A stretch of DNA of 64,000 bases, from NCBI GenBank assembly GCA_013239625.1, contig MU054338.1:5494724-5558723 (forward strand), in the 5' to 3' direction. Below are positions 12,809-25,546 of the stretch, one piece after another. This DNA is from Lama guanicoe (Eukaryota). The notes under the pieces are model-generated. The model was not told where the DNA came from. It saw nothing but the letters and a program-made list of their open reading frames with translations, and ran no database searches. Position 1 is the first letter of the stretch, and every line of letters begins with the position of its first letter. A program made the position numbers and the translations under genes.

Positions 12809-15579
12809 TGTCCCTTTGCCCCCACATTTCCTGTAGGTAAGCATCACCTATCATAATCCATTAAGAGTTTCAAAATGGTGATAAGCAAATTCTACCCCTT
12901 CATTTATTTTGGGGATATGTCTATAAAGAGAAATTTCCCCTCACCTGTGTGATTACCCTGAGGTACAGATGGTATAAGTCAGCATCAATATTTCATTCTC
13001 TTTTGCTTGTCGATTTTCAAATTTCATAATTTTCAAGATTTTTTGAGTTGTTTTTCAAGTGGTTTTCAAAAGGTACTGGTTAGTTACTTTTTGGTTAAAA
13101 TGCATGGATTTAGCTCCTTTGGGGAGGCCAAGCTTTCCATCAGGGTGCCCACTGGGGGTGGAATTAAACAGGCATCTTATATCTGGGACCGAGTCTTGGC
13201 CAGTGTATCTAGGAGTTTGGTTACATACTGGGCAGGGGTTGGGGGAGGGGGATGGAAAAATGAGTAAATGCACTGAGCATCACGGGAACCAGGTTTTTCA
13301 CAGCCACAGAAAGAAGTTAGAAACATGTGAAGGGGCAGATAAACCTTGGTTTTGGGTTAGAATTAGAGATACTGGTGTGCACTCATGGATTTAAAGAGAT
13401 AATATAGGTACATACATATGTATTATGATGAGAGAAGCAAGAATTAATGATACTGTGGTAGCAACGAGCACATCTGGCACCCATCTTGGTTTCTAAATAT
13501 CACTTCCCACTAAAAAGAATTAAGTCTCCTTGGAGAAATGGTTGATTCCAAAGCTGGGGCAGGTAGACACCCTGGAACCTCATGTTGAGCCAGTAAGGGA
13601 GGAAGTGCTTAAGGATGGAATTAGAAAAAACCATCATTTGGCAACCATTATCTGATAAAATAGACAGGCATGGCTGGCACCTCCTTGTCATTCTCTTTTT
13701 CCTGCCTTCATTGAGAGTGATGCCTGGAGCCACAGCAGCCATCTTGCCACCATGAAAAAAAGGTCAAGAGAATCTCAGTCATTAACCCTATCATCATTTG
13801 ATCAAATCAATGCCAGAAACCATTCTCCTTCAGAATTCCGGCAAATAAAAACAAAACCCTCTTTGCTAACAACAACAACAAAATTGATTCAGGCGAGAGT
13901 CATCAATGAATATTAAATGGGTGAAAGTTTGTTGAGGAGCAGGATATTTAATTAGGGAATCTGGGCCAAGGGTTTATAAGAGCTCTGTGCATTATTTCTG
14001 CAACATTTATGTAAATTTGGCATTATTTTAAGGTAAAAAAATTTAAAAACTCAACTACATGAATTTAAACAGTTGATGTGTTTTGATCTGCAATCACTAT
14101 CCTTACTGAAGGTTAAATTGTCCAATTTGTGGCTATTGGAAGCTTCTAGTTGGCGCCCACTGACAATACATTACTAGGTAATGTCTTTGACGACTTCTGA
14201 GCTTTCTGGTATATCAGGATGTGCCAGGTTCACCCGTACATTTCCCATCCCAATCTAGAGTCAGATGTTTCCCCAATGTTTCTGGCTTCTTCAGTTAGAA
14301 ATGGTATTTAGAGACAATGATCTGGGTTGAAGGGGTGCTCATCACAATGAAGTTGGGTTCTTTGTTTCAGATCTTTTTTGGTGGACAGAGCTAGGAAATA
14401 TTTGCTTTGTATGAGGCTAAAATGTATCCTGATACTCCCAATTCAAATTCAAGACCACAGAGTTTTTATTTGTGATCAATCTTACATCTGTGTCTCCTTC
14501 ACTACCTCTGAAAATCCCAGTTCTTGACACCAACAGAATCACTCCTTTGCTTTATCCCATGCTAAATGTGCAAGAAGCTCAGAATAACAATTTTAACACT
14601 ACCACCAATATAGTGGTGTGTACAGTCAAAATGTTGTGTTTTAAAGTCACATGGAGTTCATCTCTGTGTTGTTTCATCAGCAACTGGACACACAGGTTAA
14701 TTCATTTTAATTTTGCTTTTAGGGATATCTTACATTTAAATGTTTGCTTTAAAATGATACACAATATTTACATGGTTGTAAAGTCAAATATATAAAGCAA
14801 GGTTTGTTTTTTAAAGTCTAACTTGTATCTTTGTCACCCACATCCTACTATCTCCCTCTATAGGTAAATATTTTTTAAATGTCATAATTCATTGTTCCGA
14901 TTTTGAAAAATATAAGCTTGTACAACATTAATATATAACTAAGGTAATTGAGCCGATCTATATATTCAATAAAGGCAGGGGCAGGGGAGAAAGAAGTATT
15001 GAGGCAATTCTCCATCTTACCTCAGGCTCTTTGCATGTGCCGAAATCTGCCCAGGAGTCTTTTATCCTCTTCTCTCCGAATGAACCACTACTCACACATT
15101 AGTTGTCAGTTCAGTTGCTTCTTTAGGGAAATATTTCTGGACTTTCCAAATATTCCATAATTTGCCTCCCTCACTTGCTCCAATTTATTTAGCACTTATG
15201 TAATTAATAATTAATGTCTTCCTCACTCCCTAGATTGAAGTCCAGGAGGGCAGCAAGATAGGCTTTACTCAGCATCGTCCCCCCAATGTCTTGCACATGA
15301 CTGGCTCGTAATAAGCTCTCTTATTGATGCTTATTACATCTAGTGAATGAATCTATTGCATGAATAAATAAATGTCAAAGTCGAATAAATGAAGCTGGCT
15401 TCAGGCTTTCCACAGCCCCCTAATCTCTCTAGGCTTCTGTTCCCTCTCTGTAAAATGTGATAGGACGGTCCATCCCTCCCCCAGGATTGATGAGAAGTAT
15501 GATGAAGGTGATGAATACTTAAAAATCCCTTTGCCAGTGTCACGTTGAATTCTGTAACGGTTTATTTATTAACAAGCAC

Positions 15580-16120
15580 TGGTCGTCGTCAGGTGGAGCC
15601 ATCAGCGCCGCTCGTGCCCCAAGTCGCGATGGGCCGGGGCCAGGGATGGGGGCGGGGCCGGTGCTGGGGCGGAGCCAGGACGCGGCAGGGGCGGAGCCAG
15701 CAGCTGCGGCGCCGCGGGGCCTGTGCGGCCCAGGACGTCCCCGTCGCCTCTGGCCCCGCCTCCCAGGGCGGGACGTTCACGGCGATTGGTCAGTATGGGC
15801 GAGAGGCGGTTGCCATTGGCCCGCGGCACTGTCTGCTCGGCGGGCGGTGTCTGGACGCAGGTGCCGGCCGGAGCGGAGCGAGCGGCGCTGAAGGGACCGG
15901 CCGGGCCGGGACCAGGGCCGGGACAAGTGGAGGGGTCTGCGCGGCCGCCCGGCCCGGCCGCGGATCAGGTAGGCACGGGCGGCAGGATGGGGTTGGGGGG
16001 CGCCGATCCGCAGGCCGGCCCCGGGTTCGAGGCCGGAGCCCAGCCCCCAGGCAGGACGGCCGAGTTCGGACCCTCGGCCTCAGCCTTCCCAGGGACTAGG
16101 GGATCGCAGTTACCGTCGTG
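15580..16120. promoter_or_regulatory. MARCHF2: CpG-island promoter of MARCHF2 with GC boxes and two inverted CCAAT boxes
   Basis: Dense CpG. Several GGGCGG boxes at about 15647-15700. ATTGG at 15785-15789 and 15815-15819 (30 bp apart). Confidence 0.85.
15830..15968 (+). other. MARCHF2: MARCHF2 non-coding exon 1 (start approximate)
   Basis: Lies just downstream of the CCAAT boxes within the CpG island and ends at the donor CAG|GTAGGC (GT 15969-15970). Confidence 0.7.
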
Positions 16121-16139
16121 AAGACGACAGGAGTACCCC

Positions 16140-17390
16140 TGGGGCCTGGCACACAGTAGGTGCCTATCTTAGCCTCGGTTTCTTCATCTGTGAAAGCGGG
16201 TCATGCCAGCACCAACCTAATGGGGCTGTTAGGAGGATTCAGGAGGTGGCAGATGAAGAAAGCGCCCTGCACACAGTAGGTGGTCAATAAGTGACCGGTC
16301 ACCTTCCGCAACCTCCTTCTCAGAGAGGCTCTGCCAGGAAAACAGTATAATATAATGACCCGGACACTTGCTTAGCAGAGTGCCTGCCTGTTAGTGGGTG
16401 CTCAAAACAGGGTAGCCGAAATTTATAGGATTAGCTCATTTAGTCACCTAGGGACAATATTAGGAGGAAATGCTAGAAATGTTCCTTGCTATAGGGATGA
16501 GGAAATCAAGGCTCAGAGAGGTCAAGTCTTTTGTGCAGGGCTACACAGCAGGTTAAGGTCAGAGCTGGGATTAGAACTTGGCCTCCAATGCAGGGCCGTG
16601 CAAGTACTGGAGGGCCCACAGGAACCTCTCTGTGGTAAGCGCAGAGGAATGAATGTATTTCACAGATTCCACCTTTATCCTAAAAATGAGCATTTGTTGA
16701 GTGCTTACTGTGTGCCAGGCACTGGCTGTACCTTGTTTTATCAAACTCTCCCAACGGCTCAGTAAGCTGATGATGGTAATTAATTACAAGAGCTAATATT
16801 TACTGATTTATTCATATTTATGTAAGTATGAGCTGGGTATCATTGTGACCCCCATTTTACAGAAGAGAAATCCAAGGCCCAGAGAGTGAAACATTTGAAC
16901 CAAGAGGACATTGTAGGGATTAGGGCCCTCTGACTCCTCTTCTGTCAATTTCCTGCCCTCAGAAAAAGGAGGCTGAGTAGGTGTGGAAAGGTTGTGATGC
17001 CCTGGTGCCACCCCAGATAAGCCTAGCCAAGGGAGAGCTTTGTTGGAGGAGTTGAGCCTGGGGGCTCCTTCTCAGGAAGCCGCTCAGCAGACACAGTCCA
17101 CTAGCTCTGTCAACTTATTTGACAAAGAAGGATGAGGCCCAGAAAAGCAAAATGACTTATTCCAGGACACATAGCATCAGTAACAGAGTCAGGACTTTAA
17201 AGAACCCAGGTTTCTTGAGTCCCAGAACCACTCACTGGACTTAGTTCAAATCCTGGCACTGTCCTGTCTTAGCTGTGTGACTTGGAGCAAGTAGCTTCTT
17301 CTCTCCGAGCCTCAGTCACCTCACCTGTCAGATGGGGATAACTATTGGACTTTTGTCATAGGTTTGTTGTGAAGACTCATTGAAATCCAT
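16140..17390. mobile_element. Cluster of degraded MIR/L2-like remnants in MARCHF2 intron 1
   Basis: Recurrent motifs gcctcggtttcttcatctgtgaa, gaggaaatcaaggctcagagagg, cccattttacagaagagaaa, ctgtgtgacttggagcaagt. Confidence 0.55.
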
Positions 17391-17857
17391 CTCCTGGGCA
17401 CTGGACCAAGTTTGCTGGAGGCATTGGCTCCCTCTCCCATCCCAGCAGCCCCAGAGCTGAGTCCACCCTGCAGCCACCCCAGCCTTGCATCCAGCCTTAG
17501 AGTTTGGCCTCTGTCAAGCCCAGGCCTCTGGAGTTTGCCCAGACCTTTAGCCTCTAAACATTTCCTATTCCCATCATGGATGCTGGTAGACCAGGGTCTG
17601 GGGGTCAAGAGACCTGGCTCTCCCACCTTGCTCTTCCACAGGATGAATGGGGCCACTCTGAACCAGATGCAGGGCCAGGCACTGCAGATGACTGATGTGT
17701 GGGAGACAGACATGGTTAAGCCAGTAGATGAAGAAGTGAGAGCATTTCAGAGAAGGGCACATTCTGCAAGGGCCATGATGTGGATACCAGTGGTGCTTTG
17801 GCCAGGGTGGTCAGGGGAGGCCTTGCTGGGGAGGTGAACTTTAAAGGGGACACTTCT

Positions 17858-17892
17858 TTTTTTTTATTTTTTTTAATTGAGTTATAGTCATT
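17858..17892 (-). mobile_element. 35-nt retrotransposon micro-insertion (L1 3' terminus plus poly(A)) with 18-bp TSD
   Basis: TSD tttaaaggggacacttct at 17840-17857 and 17893-17910. Confidence 0.8.
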
Positions 17893-19437
17893 TTTAAAGG
17901 GGACACTTCTAACAGCAGTTTGAGTTCAGTAAGCTTAGCACAGTACCCAGCTGGCAGTAGGTACTTAGTAAACAGTAGGTGCTATTGTTATTCGGGTGAT
18001 TTGTAGGCCTGACATTGGCAGATTGGCCAGTGGCTATCCTTGCAGGGGCAGGAGACATGGCCTCCCTGCTGCACACATTCCCTTGGGTAGTCTAGCTGCA
18101 TCCCTCCTGACCTCTGAGTTGGAAGCTCTGGCCACAGGCACTCAGGAGGGACAGCAGTGTCCACAACATGCCAGGCCTGGCCACTGCCTTGCGGATGTTA
18201 TCTCAGTCACACAGCCTTCCTCCCGGGTTCCTTCTGCCTCTGGGCTAACACTTGCTTATCTGGCCGACAGCAGCCCAACTATGGAGGCTCAGAAGGGCCT
18301 GTTGGGCCACAAGGGCTTCTGGCTGAGCTGTTCAGAGAGCGTTGATCAGGCAGCAGACCGTCCTGGTGCAAAAAGTTAGCCAGTAACTCACACTGCTTTT
18401 CTTCCCACCTCTTTGTTTGGGTTTCAGAGTTTGGCTGGCAAAGGTTGGTAAAAATCAACTGTAGCGGTGCCTCAGGGAGTGTTTCTGAGGTCTCTGAACC
18501 ATAGCTTCTGGGGACAAATGGTGGCATACAAGCCGATTTGGGGACAGGGGTCCTCAGCTTCAGAGCTTCAAGGGGGATTCTGTTACTTTCATGGTGTTCT
18601 CAGAGAGAAACACACAAGCCTCACCGGCCGCTTCTCAGATGAAAGCAAAGCTTGCCAAGGGTTCCTTTTTGGCAGGTCAGACCTTGCACTGGGGAGAGGA
18701 ACCCTGCTGAAGTCACCCACCCAGAGCAGACTCCATATTGCTGCTGGAGACTCCTGCTGCCTCCTGTGGCCTCTCCTTGGGGACAGAGGCACGGCTTAGA
18801 GCAGCTTCTCTGGTAGGTGGGGACAGAGACTACCATGGTCCTCCCCGGCCTGGGCCACTTCCTTGATAACACGAGTTATCAAGGAGCTCAGAGCCCTGCA
18901 AGAGGCTGTGAACCAGAAGGGTTAAGGTGACTCACCAGCGTGGTCTGTTGGGCCAAGTTTTTAGGTCAGGTCCATCCCCCTCCAAGGCAGGCTTATGATG
19001 TCTGAGCCCGGCCCTGGAAATCGATTCACAGAGAACAGTCCCTACGTGGCTGGCCGCCATGGTTCTGGTCCTGACAGGTCCTGCCACACAGCACGTGCTT
19101 AGTCGCTGTTGAGCGCAGTTACCATGTCTGGAAAGGTGATGGTGGGGGTGACCTGCATGCTTTGAGGGCTGGGCTGGCTTTTTTTTAGAAGAGTCAGAGA
19201 GAATATAACTGAGCTCCCGAAGAGGGCCAGGCCAGGGTTGAGCAGCACGTGTGATCTCATTAAATCCTCACAGCCCACTCCAAAACCCCATCTTACAGAC
19301 TGGGTAACTGAGGCTCAGACAGCTGGATTTGGTCTGTGTGTGGTTTGTAACCTTGCCCTTAATCTTCCTGCTGGCCTTTCGCCAGGCTCCTGGGACCATG
19401 GGCCTTTGGCCCTGAGGACACGGGGCTCCTTGTGGCC

Positions 19438-19613
19438 ATGACGACGGGTGACTGCTGTCACCTCCCCGGCTCCCTGTGCGACTGCTCCGGCAGCCCCGCC
19501 TTCTCCAAGGTCGTGGAGGCCACGGGCCTCGGGCCACCCCAGTATGTGGCACAAGTGACTTCAAGGGACGGCCGGCTCCTCTCGACTGTCATCAGGGCCT
19601 TGGACACACCGAG
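19438..19613 (+). CDS. MARCHF2: MARCHF2 first coding exon (exon begins at 19386)
   Basis: gcc[61 protein letters not shown](S). Acceptor gccAG at 19384-19385, donor GTAAGT at 19614. Confidence 0.95.
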
Positions 19614-20324
19614 GTAAGTGGTGACCAAGCCAGGGTCTTCACCTCTACTTACTTTGCTCTCTGGCCCAAGTGATTTCCTCCCAGCCCCGGGGTCAGAAAT
19701 CTAACCGCCTTAAGGGGCCTGGTAGGTAAAGAGACCAGAGAAAGGGGCCCAGTCAATAATGAGCCCGCAGAAACAAGAGGCCCAGGCTAGCTAGGTCTGA
19801 TTCTGCAAGAAAGGCAGAGACTCCAGATTATTCTGTGAAATCTGAAGATCAGACGTTGGTGGGTAGCTCACATCTAAGGGAGGCAGCGTGAGGGAGTGGT
19901 TGGCCATGCAGGCTGTGGACCCCTGCTGCCTCAGCTCCAGTCCTAAGTGAAAGCCTCTCTCCTTGAATGACCCAGAACAAGTTGCTTCAATCGCACATCC
20001 CTAGCCTGGGGACAGCTTCTTCTTTGGGTAGTTCTGAGAGTCCATTGCTGTGGTCCACAGAAAGCTCCTGCAAGGGGCTTTGCCACCTTGTAAGCCTTTG
20101 AGAAATGTCTTGAAACCTCGGTAAAGCCTGCCAGGCTCACGTCACACGTGCGTGGAATCTGCCTGGCTCACCCATTTGTCATCAATTCCAAGGAAAAGAG
20201 ATTTAAGGAAATCCTACACCAACTGAAGTCCATGTGAACTCATTAAGATTTAAAATAGCCACCAGTTTTCTGATTGCAATGTGTGGTTGTTATGTTTATG
20301 CAATATGATTAAATTCATATGCTT

Positions 20325-20775
20325 TTCTTTCCAATTTTTTATTGTTAAGCTATCATATACAATTAAGTTTCTTAACCATTTTAAAGTGTACAGTTCAGTG
20401 GCTTTAAGTGGATGCAAGGTGTTGTGCAACCATCATCACCATTCAACCGCCTAGCTTTTTTTTTTTAAATGCAGGTACTGGGGATTGAACCCAGGACCTC
20501 ATGTATGCTAGCATGTGCTCGACCACTGAGCTATACCTTCCCCACCAACCCCATAACTTTTGGTCTTGCAAAACTGAAACTCTGGCCCCACTAAACACTG
20601 ACCCCCCCTGCCCAGCCCCTGGTACCCACCATCCTGCTTTCTGTCTCTACGGATCTGACCCCTCTAGGGACCTCCTATGAGTGGAATCAGACACTATGTG
20701 TCCTTCAGGGACTGGCTTCTTTCACTGAGCATCCTGTCCCTAAGGTTCATCCATGTAGCAGGTGTCAGAATGAAC
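20325..20775 (-). mobile_element. LINE-1 3' fragment with nested tRNA-Ala SINE (20456-20543)
   Basis: Similar to 11090-11460 (gtacagttcagtggc..., gtggaatcag..., gactggcttctttcactgagcatc). Confidence 0.72.
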
Positions 20776-23189
20776 TCATAAGCTTTTCATTCACCCATAA
20801 AAAGAAGCCAGTGGAAGCCTTGCTGTGCTTTGGAGGGCGCTCACTGCTGGTCACCCTCTAAGCCTCTACCTGGCATCACTTCCTCCAGGAAGCCTTCCTA
20901 AGCCCGGATGAGATTGGGAGTTCTCCTTCTGGGCTTCCTCCAGGATGTCGGTTTTTATGTCTGCGTCTCCATCAGACCCCTTGAGGTCGGGACTGGGTCT
21001 GTGCTGCTTGAGCAAGGCTAGGAGCAAGGGGACCCTTGGCAGGCTCAGGGGTCTCATAGCCAGAGCTGCCAGGGTGGGGAGCGGGGGAGGAGGCCTCCCT
21101 CTCTGGGGTTCCTGAGGGCCCCTGAGTGAGTGATGGGTTGACATCACCTTGCGCCACCCTCCCTTTTTACACCTAGGGAAACTGAGGCTGAGAGGGAGCT
21201 GGATGCCCGCCTGAGTCACTGAGCCTAACCAGGACTCCCCTTTGGGTGCTGGGGGCAGGGCGGGGAGAAGCTTATTCGGTCCCATCAGCCTCCCCTGCAG
21301 CCCTCATAGACCCAGGCAGGCAGCGGCAGCCCAGCGCAGCAGCCTCTCCGTGGTCCAGCTGGTGGTCAGGGCAGCCCCGCCCACTGAGACCACAAGACCC
21401 TCTTGATCTGCCCCCCCTTGGCCTCTTCGCCGCTGGCTTCTCCCCTCCGCCTTTTGATGCAGCTCAACCCCAGCTTGCCTGAGCTGAAGGCCTGGGCAGA
21501 ACAGCCCTTCCCAGAGAGAAGGTGGCTGTTTCTCAAGTAAATGAGGATCCACCCACCACCACAGGCTGGGAGAGGTGCTGGGTTTGGCCGAGGCCACCAT
21601 GTACCTCCTTCCCCTTGCCCTGTAACTTGTCTTCCTTACCAGCCTCTGCCCTATGCGAGCAGGGAGGGTGGGGCTCAAAGATAGCAAACCCAGCGCCTGG
21701 CTGGTCCCACAACTGGAAGATCAAGTCTTACATTTCGCCTCAAAGGAGACCCTGATTCCTGGGGGCACGTGACACCCCAAGTGGGGCAGAAAGTTCCTGG
21801 GCCCTGAAACCTGAAACCCGAGAGGCATCCTGCAAAGGCTCAGGCTTGGGGCCAGCATCTGGGGCCCCTCCAGCCTCTCTGAGCCTCAGTCCTCTCTGTC
21901 CCCCCCGCCCCTCCCAGTCTGTGAGCTAGCCCAGGCCCTCCTGGAAGCTGCTCTGGGCATTTCTGCATCCCCAGCCCTCCACCTGCCCTCCTTCTGCTGC
22001 CTGCCTCCCATGGCTTCCTCACTCACACTCCCTTCCGCTCATGGGGGATGCTATGGGCCGCTCAACCAGGGTCCATGGATGTCTCACCCACTCCGCCAGC
22101 CCATTTCCTTCTCACTTGTATCATTTGCATTATTTTCCTGCCAAAATTTCTTGAGAGTGAAGCCCATTTCCCTTGCTTTCCCACCTGGTGGCAGGCATCT
22201 TATGTAGCAGAGTCTAACAGGGGCGCTGGAGCGACTTCCTGGGCTCGAATCCCCGCTTTGCTCACGACTAGCTGTGTGAGTTTGTACAAAACGAGTTACG
22301 TTGGAGACCTCGATCAAGTCATGCCTCGATGCCTCAGTTTCCCCATCTATAAAAAGGGGGGCAGAAACAGCACCTTCTTCATAGGCTGCCTGTGATAACG
22401 AGACAAATTAGCCCAGATGTCGCCCTTTGAATGGCATGAGCGCTCAATAATAAATCAGTTTGCATTTTATTTTCTTTGGTTTTGTTTTCTGTGAACTTGC
22501 TCCTCCAAAGTAGGGTTCCCCGGGACAAACCCCAGACTGATGTGGCTCTCCCTCAAGGTCCCCGTCACTTCCACTTCCCCGGCTTGGTTTCTGGAGCAGG
22601 GATCTCTTTCCCGTTAACTTCGTGTAGGGGGGGGCATGGGATCAGGTTGTGGGAGCAGAGTGGAGCCTGGCCTGCCCTTTTGACGTTGTAGGACAAAGCA
22701 GTCCTGGCATAGGACTGATGACCAGAAAGCAGACCTTAGGGGTCAGCTCAGTTCTTGGGTTTCAAAGCATCCAGGCCCTGCCCCCCAGCAGAAGACACAG
22801 AGAAAAGAATAAAAAGTTTCCAAGGTGAAATCAGCATTATCTGGAAAACAGCTCTCCTGCTCCGCCTCCTTCATGTGTTCCCTGCAGTCCGCTCTCTGGG
22901 CAGAAATGTCTGGAAAACAATGACTCATGTACTGGACTGCCTCTGATCCCACCAAGGCCACGCCCCTGGCCTCCTGAGCTGCCCCAGGAAGGACCCAGCA
23001 TCCCCTGAGACTGGACTGGAGCCGAGACTTCCCCGAAGCATCTTCCTGTGGATGCTATTTATGTCTGTTTTCTGAGCCTCACTAGAGCAGAGGAGCTGGG
23101 AAGCTCTTCTCCCTGGATGTGCACGTTTCTCAGGTAGCATGGCCTTCAGGTGTGGCTAGATCCAGAGGCTCTAAGGATGTCCTTGAGAG

Positions 23190-23539
23190 CTGCCTTTCCC
23201 TGTCTCTTGGCTCTGCTTTCCTCTGTTTTGGCATTATTCACAGACTCCACGTGGAGACCAGGCTGGTGCCAGACTTACATTAGCCATGCTGCCCGTAGAT
23301 CTGGAGTTTAGGGGAAAAAAAAAAAAAAATTTCAGAATTAAATTCCAGGTCCCTTGGTTTCCTTACCTATTACCTTTCCACTGCCTTTCCCTGTCTCTTG
23401 GCTCTGCTTTCCTCTGTTTTGGCATTATTCACAGACTCCACGTGGAGACCAGGCTGGTGCCAGACTTACATTAGCCATGCTGCCCGTAGATCTGGAGTTT
23501 AGGGGAAAAAAAAAAAGAATTTCAGGAATTAATTCCCAG
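23190..23539. repeat. Tandem duplication with 191-bp period in MARCHF2 intron 2
   Basis: ctgcctttccctgtctcttggctctg...ctggagtttaggggaaaa starts at 23190 and again at 23381. Confidence 0.95.
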
Positions 23540-23996
23540 TGGCTCTGATTGCATCACATATACCCTTCCCCCAGTAGGTCCATGTGACCAGGGGTGTATT
23601 GTGTTTTGATTGGTCAGGCCTAAGGACATCAGGGGTGTTGTCCGTGCTGCCCCAGTCCTTAAGGATCAGGAGTTGAGAGTGGGTGGTTGCCCAGCACCAA
23701 CAGGGTGGTATTGTACCAAAAGAAAGAGCAGGTGCTGGGCAGGCAGGTACAAGTGATGCTCACTGTGGGCCTAAAAAGGTGCCACAGGAACTCCAGGGAG
23801 AAGCACATCCCTCTACCTATGGGAGTCTGGGAAGGCTTTCCAAAGGAAAGGGCATTTGGAGCTGGGCATTGAAGGATGAGTAGGAGTTTTCCACGTGGCA
23901 GCAGAGGGGCAATGCTGCCCTTGTGATCCAGTGTGTAGTGAAGCGGCACAGGCAGGAAGCTTGATCATTACTCATGTGTCCTGTCTCTGTGTCTAG

Positions 23997-24192
23997 CGAT
24001 GGTCCCTTCTGCCGGATCTGCCATGAGGGAGCGAACGGGGAGAGCTTGCTGTCTCCATGTGGTTGCACTGGCACTCTGGGTGCCGTGCACAAGAGCTGTC
24101 TGGAGAGGTGGCTTTCCTCATCCAACACCAGCTACTGTGAGCTGTGCCACACAGAGTTTGCAGTGGAGAAGCGACCCCGGCCCCTCACAGAG
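23997..24192 (+). CDS. MARCHF2: MARCHF2 exon encoding the RING-CH (C4HC3) domain
   Basis: [65 protein letters not shown]. Acceptor tctAG, donor GTACGC. 196 nt. Confidence 0.97.
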
Positions 24193-25546
24193 GTACGCTT
24201 GGGAGCCTGAGGTTGGAGCAGGCAGAGGGGAGGAAGGCAGGCCTGGGGCCAGAGGAGGGAACTGCCTGGAGGGTCCTGGTGGGCTGGGGAAGCAGCTTCT
24301 CTCTAGAGGAGAACCTCTGCTGATGGGGGTGGCAGACCTGATGGACCCTGTGCCCCCCTTCCCTGTTTTGGTCACTTCAGGTGACCCTGAAGCTGAGACC
24401 TGAGGACTAAGAAGGGGCCCCATCCTGGGGAAGGGCAGTCCTGCCAGAAAGGGCACAGCAAGTGCAAGGGCCCTGAGGCCAGGAGGAGTTTGATGAAGCC
24501 CATGTGGCTGGAGTGCAGAGAGTTAAAGGGGGAGGAGAGGGGCCTGGAAGGAGGGGTGGTGGCCTCACTGGGTTTTGTGGGCCCAGCTGAGCTGGGAAGC
24601 TTAGACTGTCGTCTGAGTGTGATGGGGTCAGGGTATTCCCAGGTGTGACTGGAGCCGCTTGGCTTCCCAGAGCACTGTGGGCCTCCTGGGCACCCTCCAG
24701 ATTCCTCGCTGCCCTCCCTGTGAACTGCAGGATGATGTCACCGGGCTGAGGTGGAGGCTCCTGGGAGGGCCCCTGGCCCACCCAGGACTTGGGCTATAAG
24801 AGGACAGTGGGAGGGAGAGCCAGCCTGTCTGCACCCCCTCCCCCTTCTCCGCTGTGCTCCCACCTCCTCCTGCCTACACTTGGTCTGGACCACACTCTCA
24901 CCCCAGTGTCTTTGCACATGTTGTTCTTACAGACAGGAGCACCGTCTCCCCTACTCTTTGTGCAGCTCCTTTGGTTCTCCTGTGTCACATCCTTGGCAAG
25001 GCCTTCCCTGCCCTGACCACCCAACCCGTTTCATGCCTCCCCTGACTAGTGCTGGGGCTCTGGGAGGGCAGGGACCTTTTCCATTCTACTCATCAGAATT
25101 TTGTGATGAAGCGCATTTCTCTTGCCCCAACATCCATGGCACGCGGTGTAGCATAGCGGCCAAGGGCGCACAGTCCTTGGGGCCAGACTTCCTGGGCTCC
25201 AGGCCTGGCTTTGTGGATGACTTGCCCATGTGCATTGGCACAAATTAGTCAGCCGCTCTGTACCCTCAGTTTCCCCTATTTGTAAAATGGGGGCAGAATG
25301 CCTAGCACCTGTCAGGGCCTGTCCTGTCCTAGTCTCAGGAAGTATTTGAAAGAAGGAAAGGATATGGGGAGGGGGTGTAGCGCCAGGCAGGAGGCTGGTC
25401 CTACAGGGATCAGGGGTGAAACTGAGCGTCAGCGGAGGGGAGAGCAGAGTATGGGGGTCCCACACCCCATTCACCCGGTGGATGCTCTAGGGAGGGCAGT
25501 GCAAGGTCCCCCTCACCATCTCTTCCTGCCTCGTTCTTCTCCACAG

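Noticed and set aside
19432..19437. ORF-track start giving MAMTTG...
   Set aside because: The first codon is GTG. The real start is the ATG at 19438.
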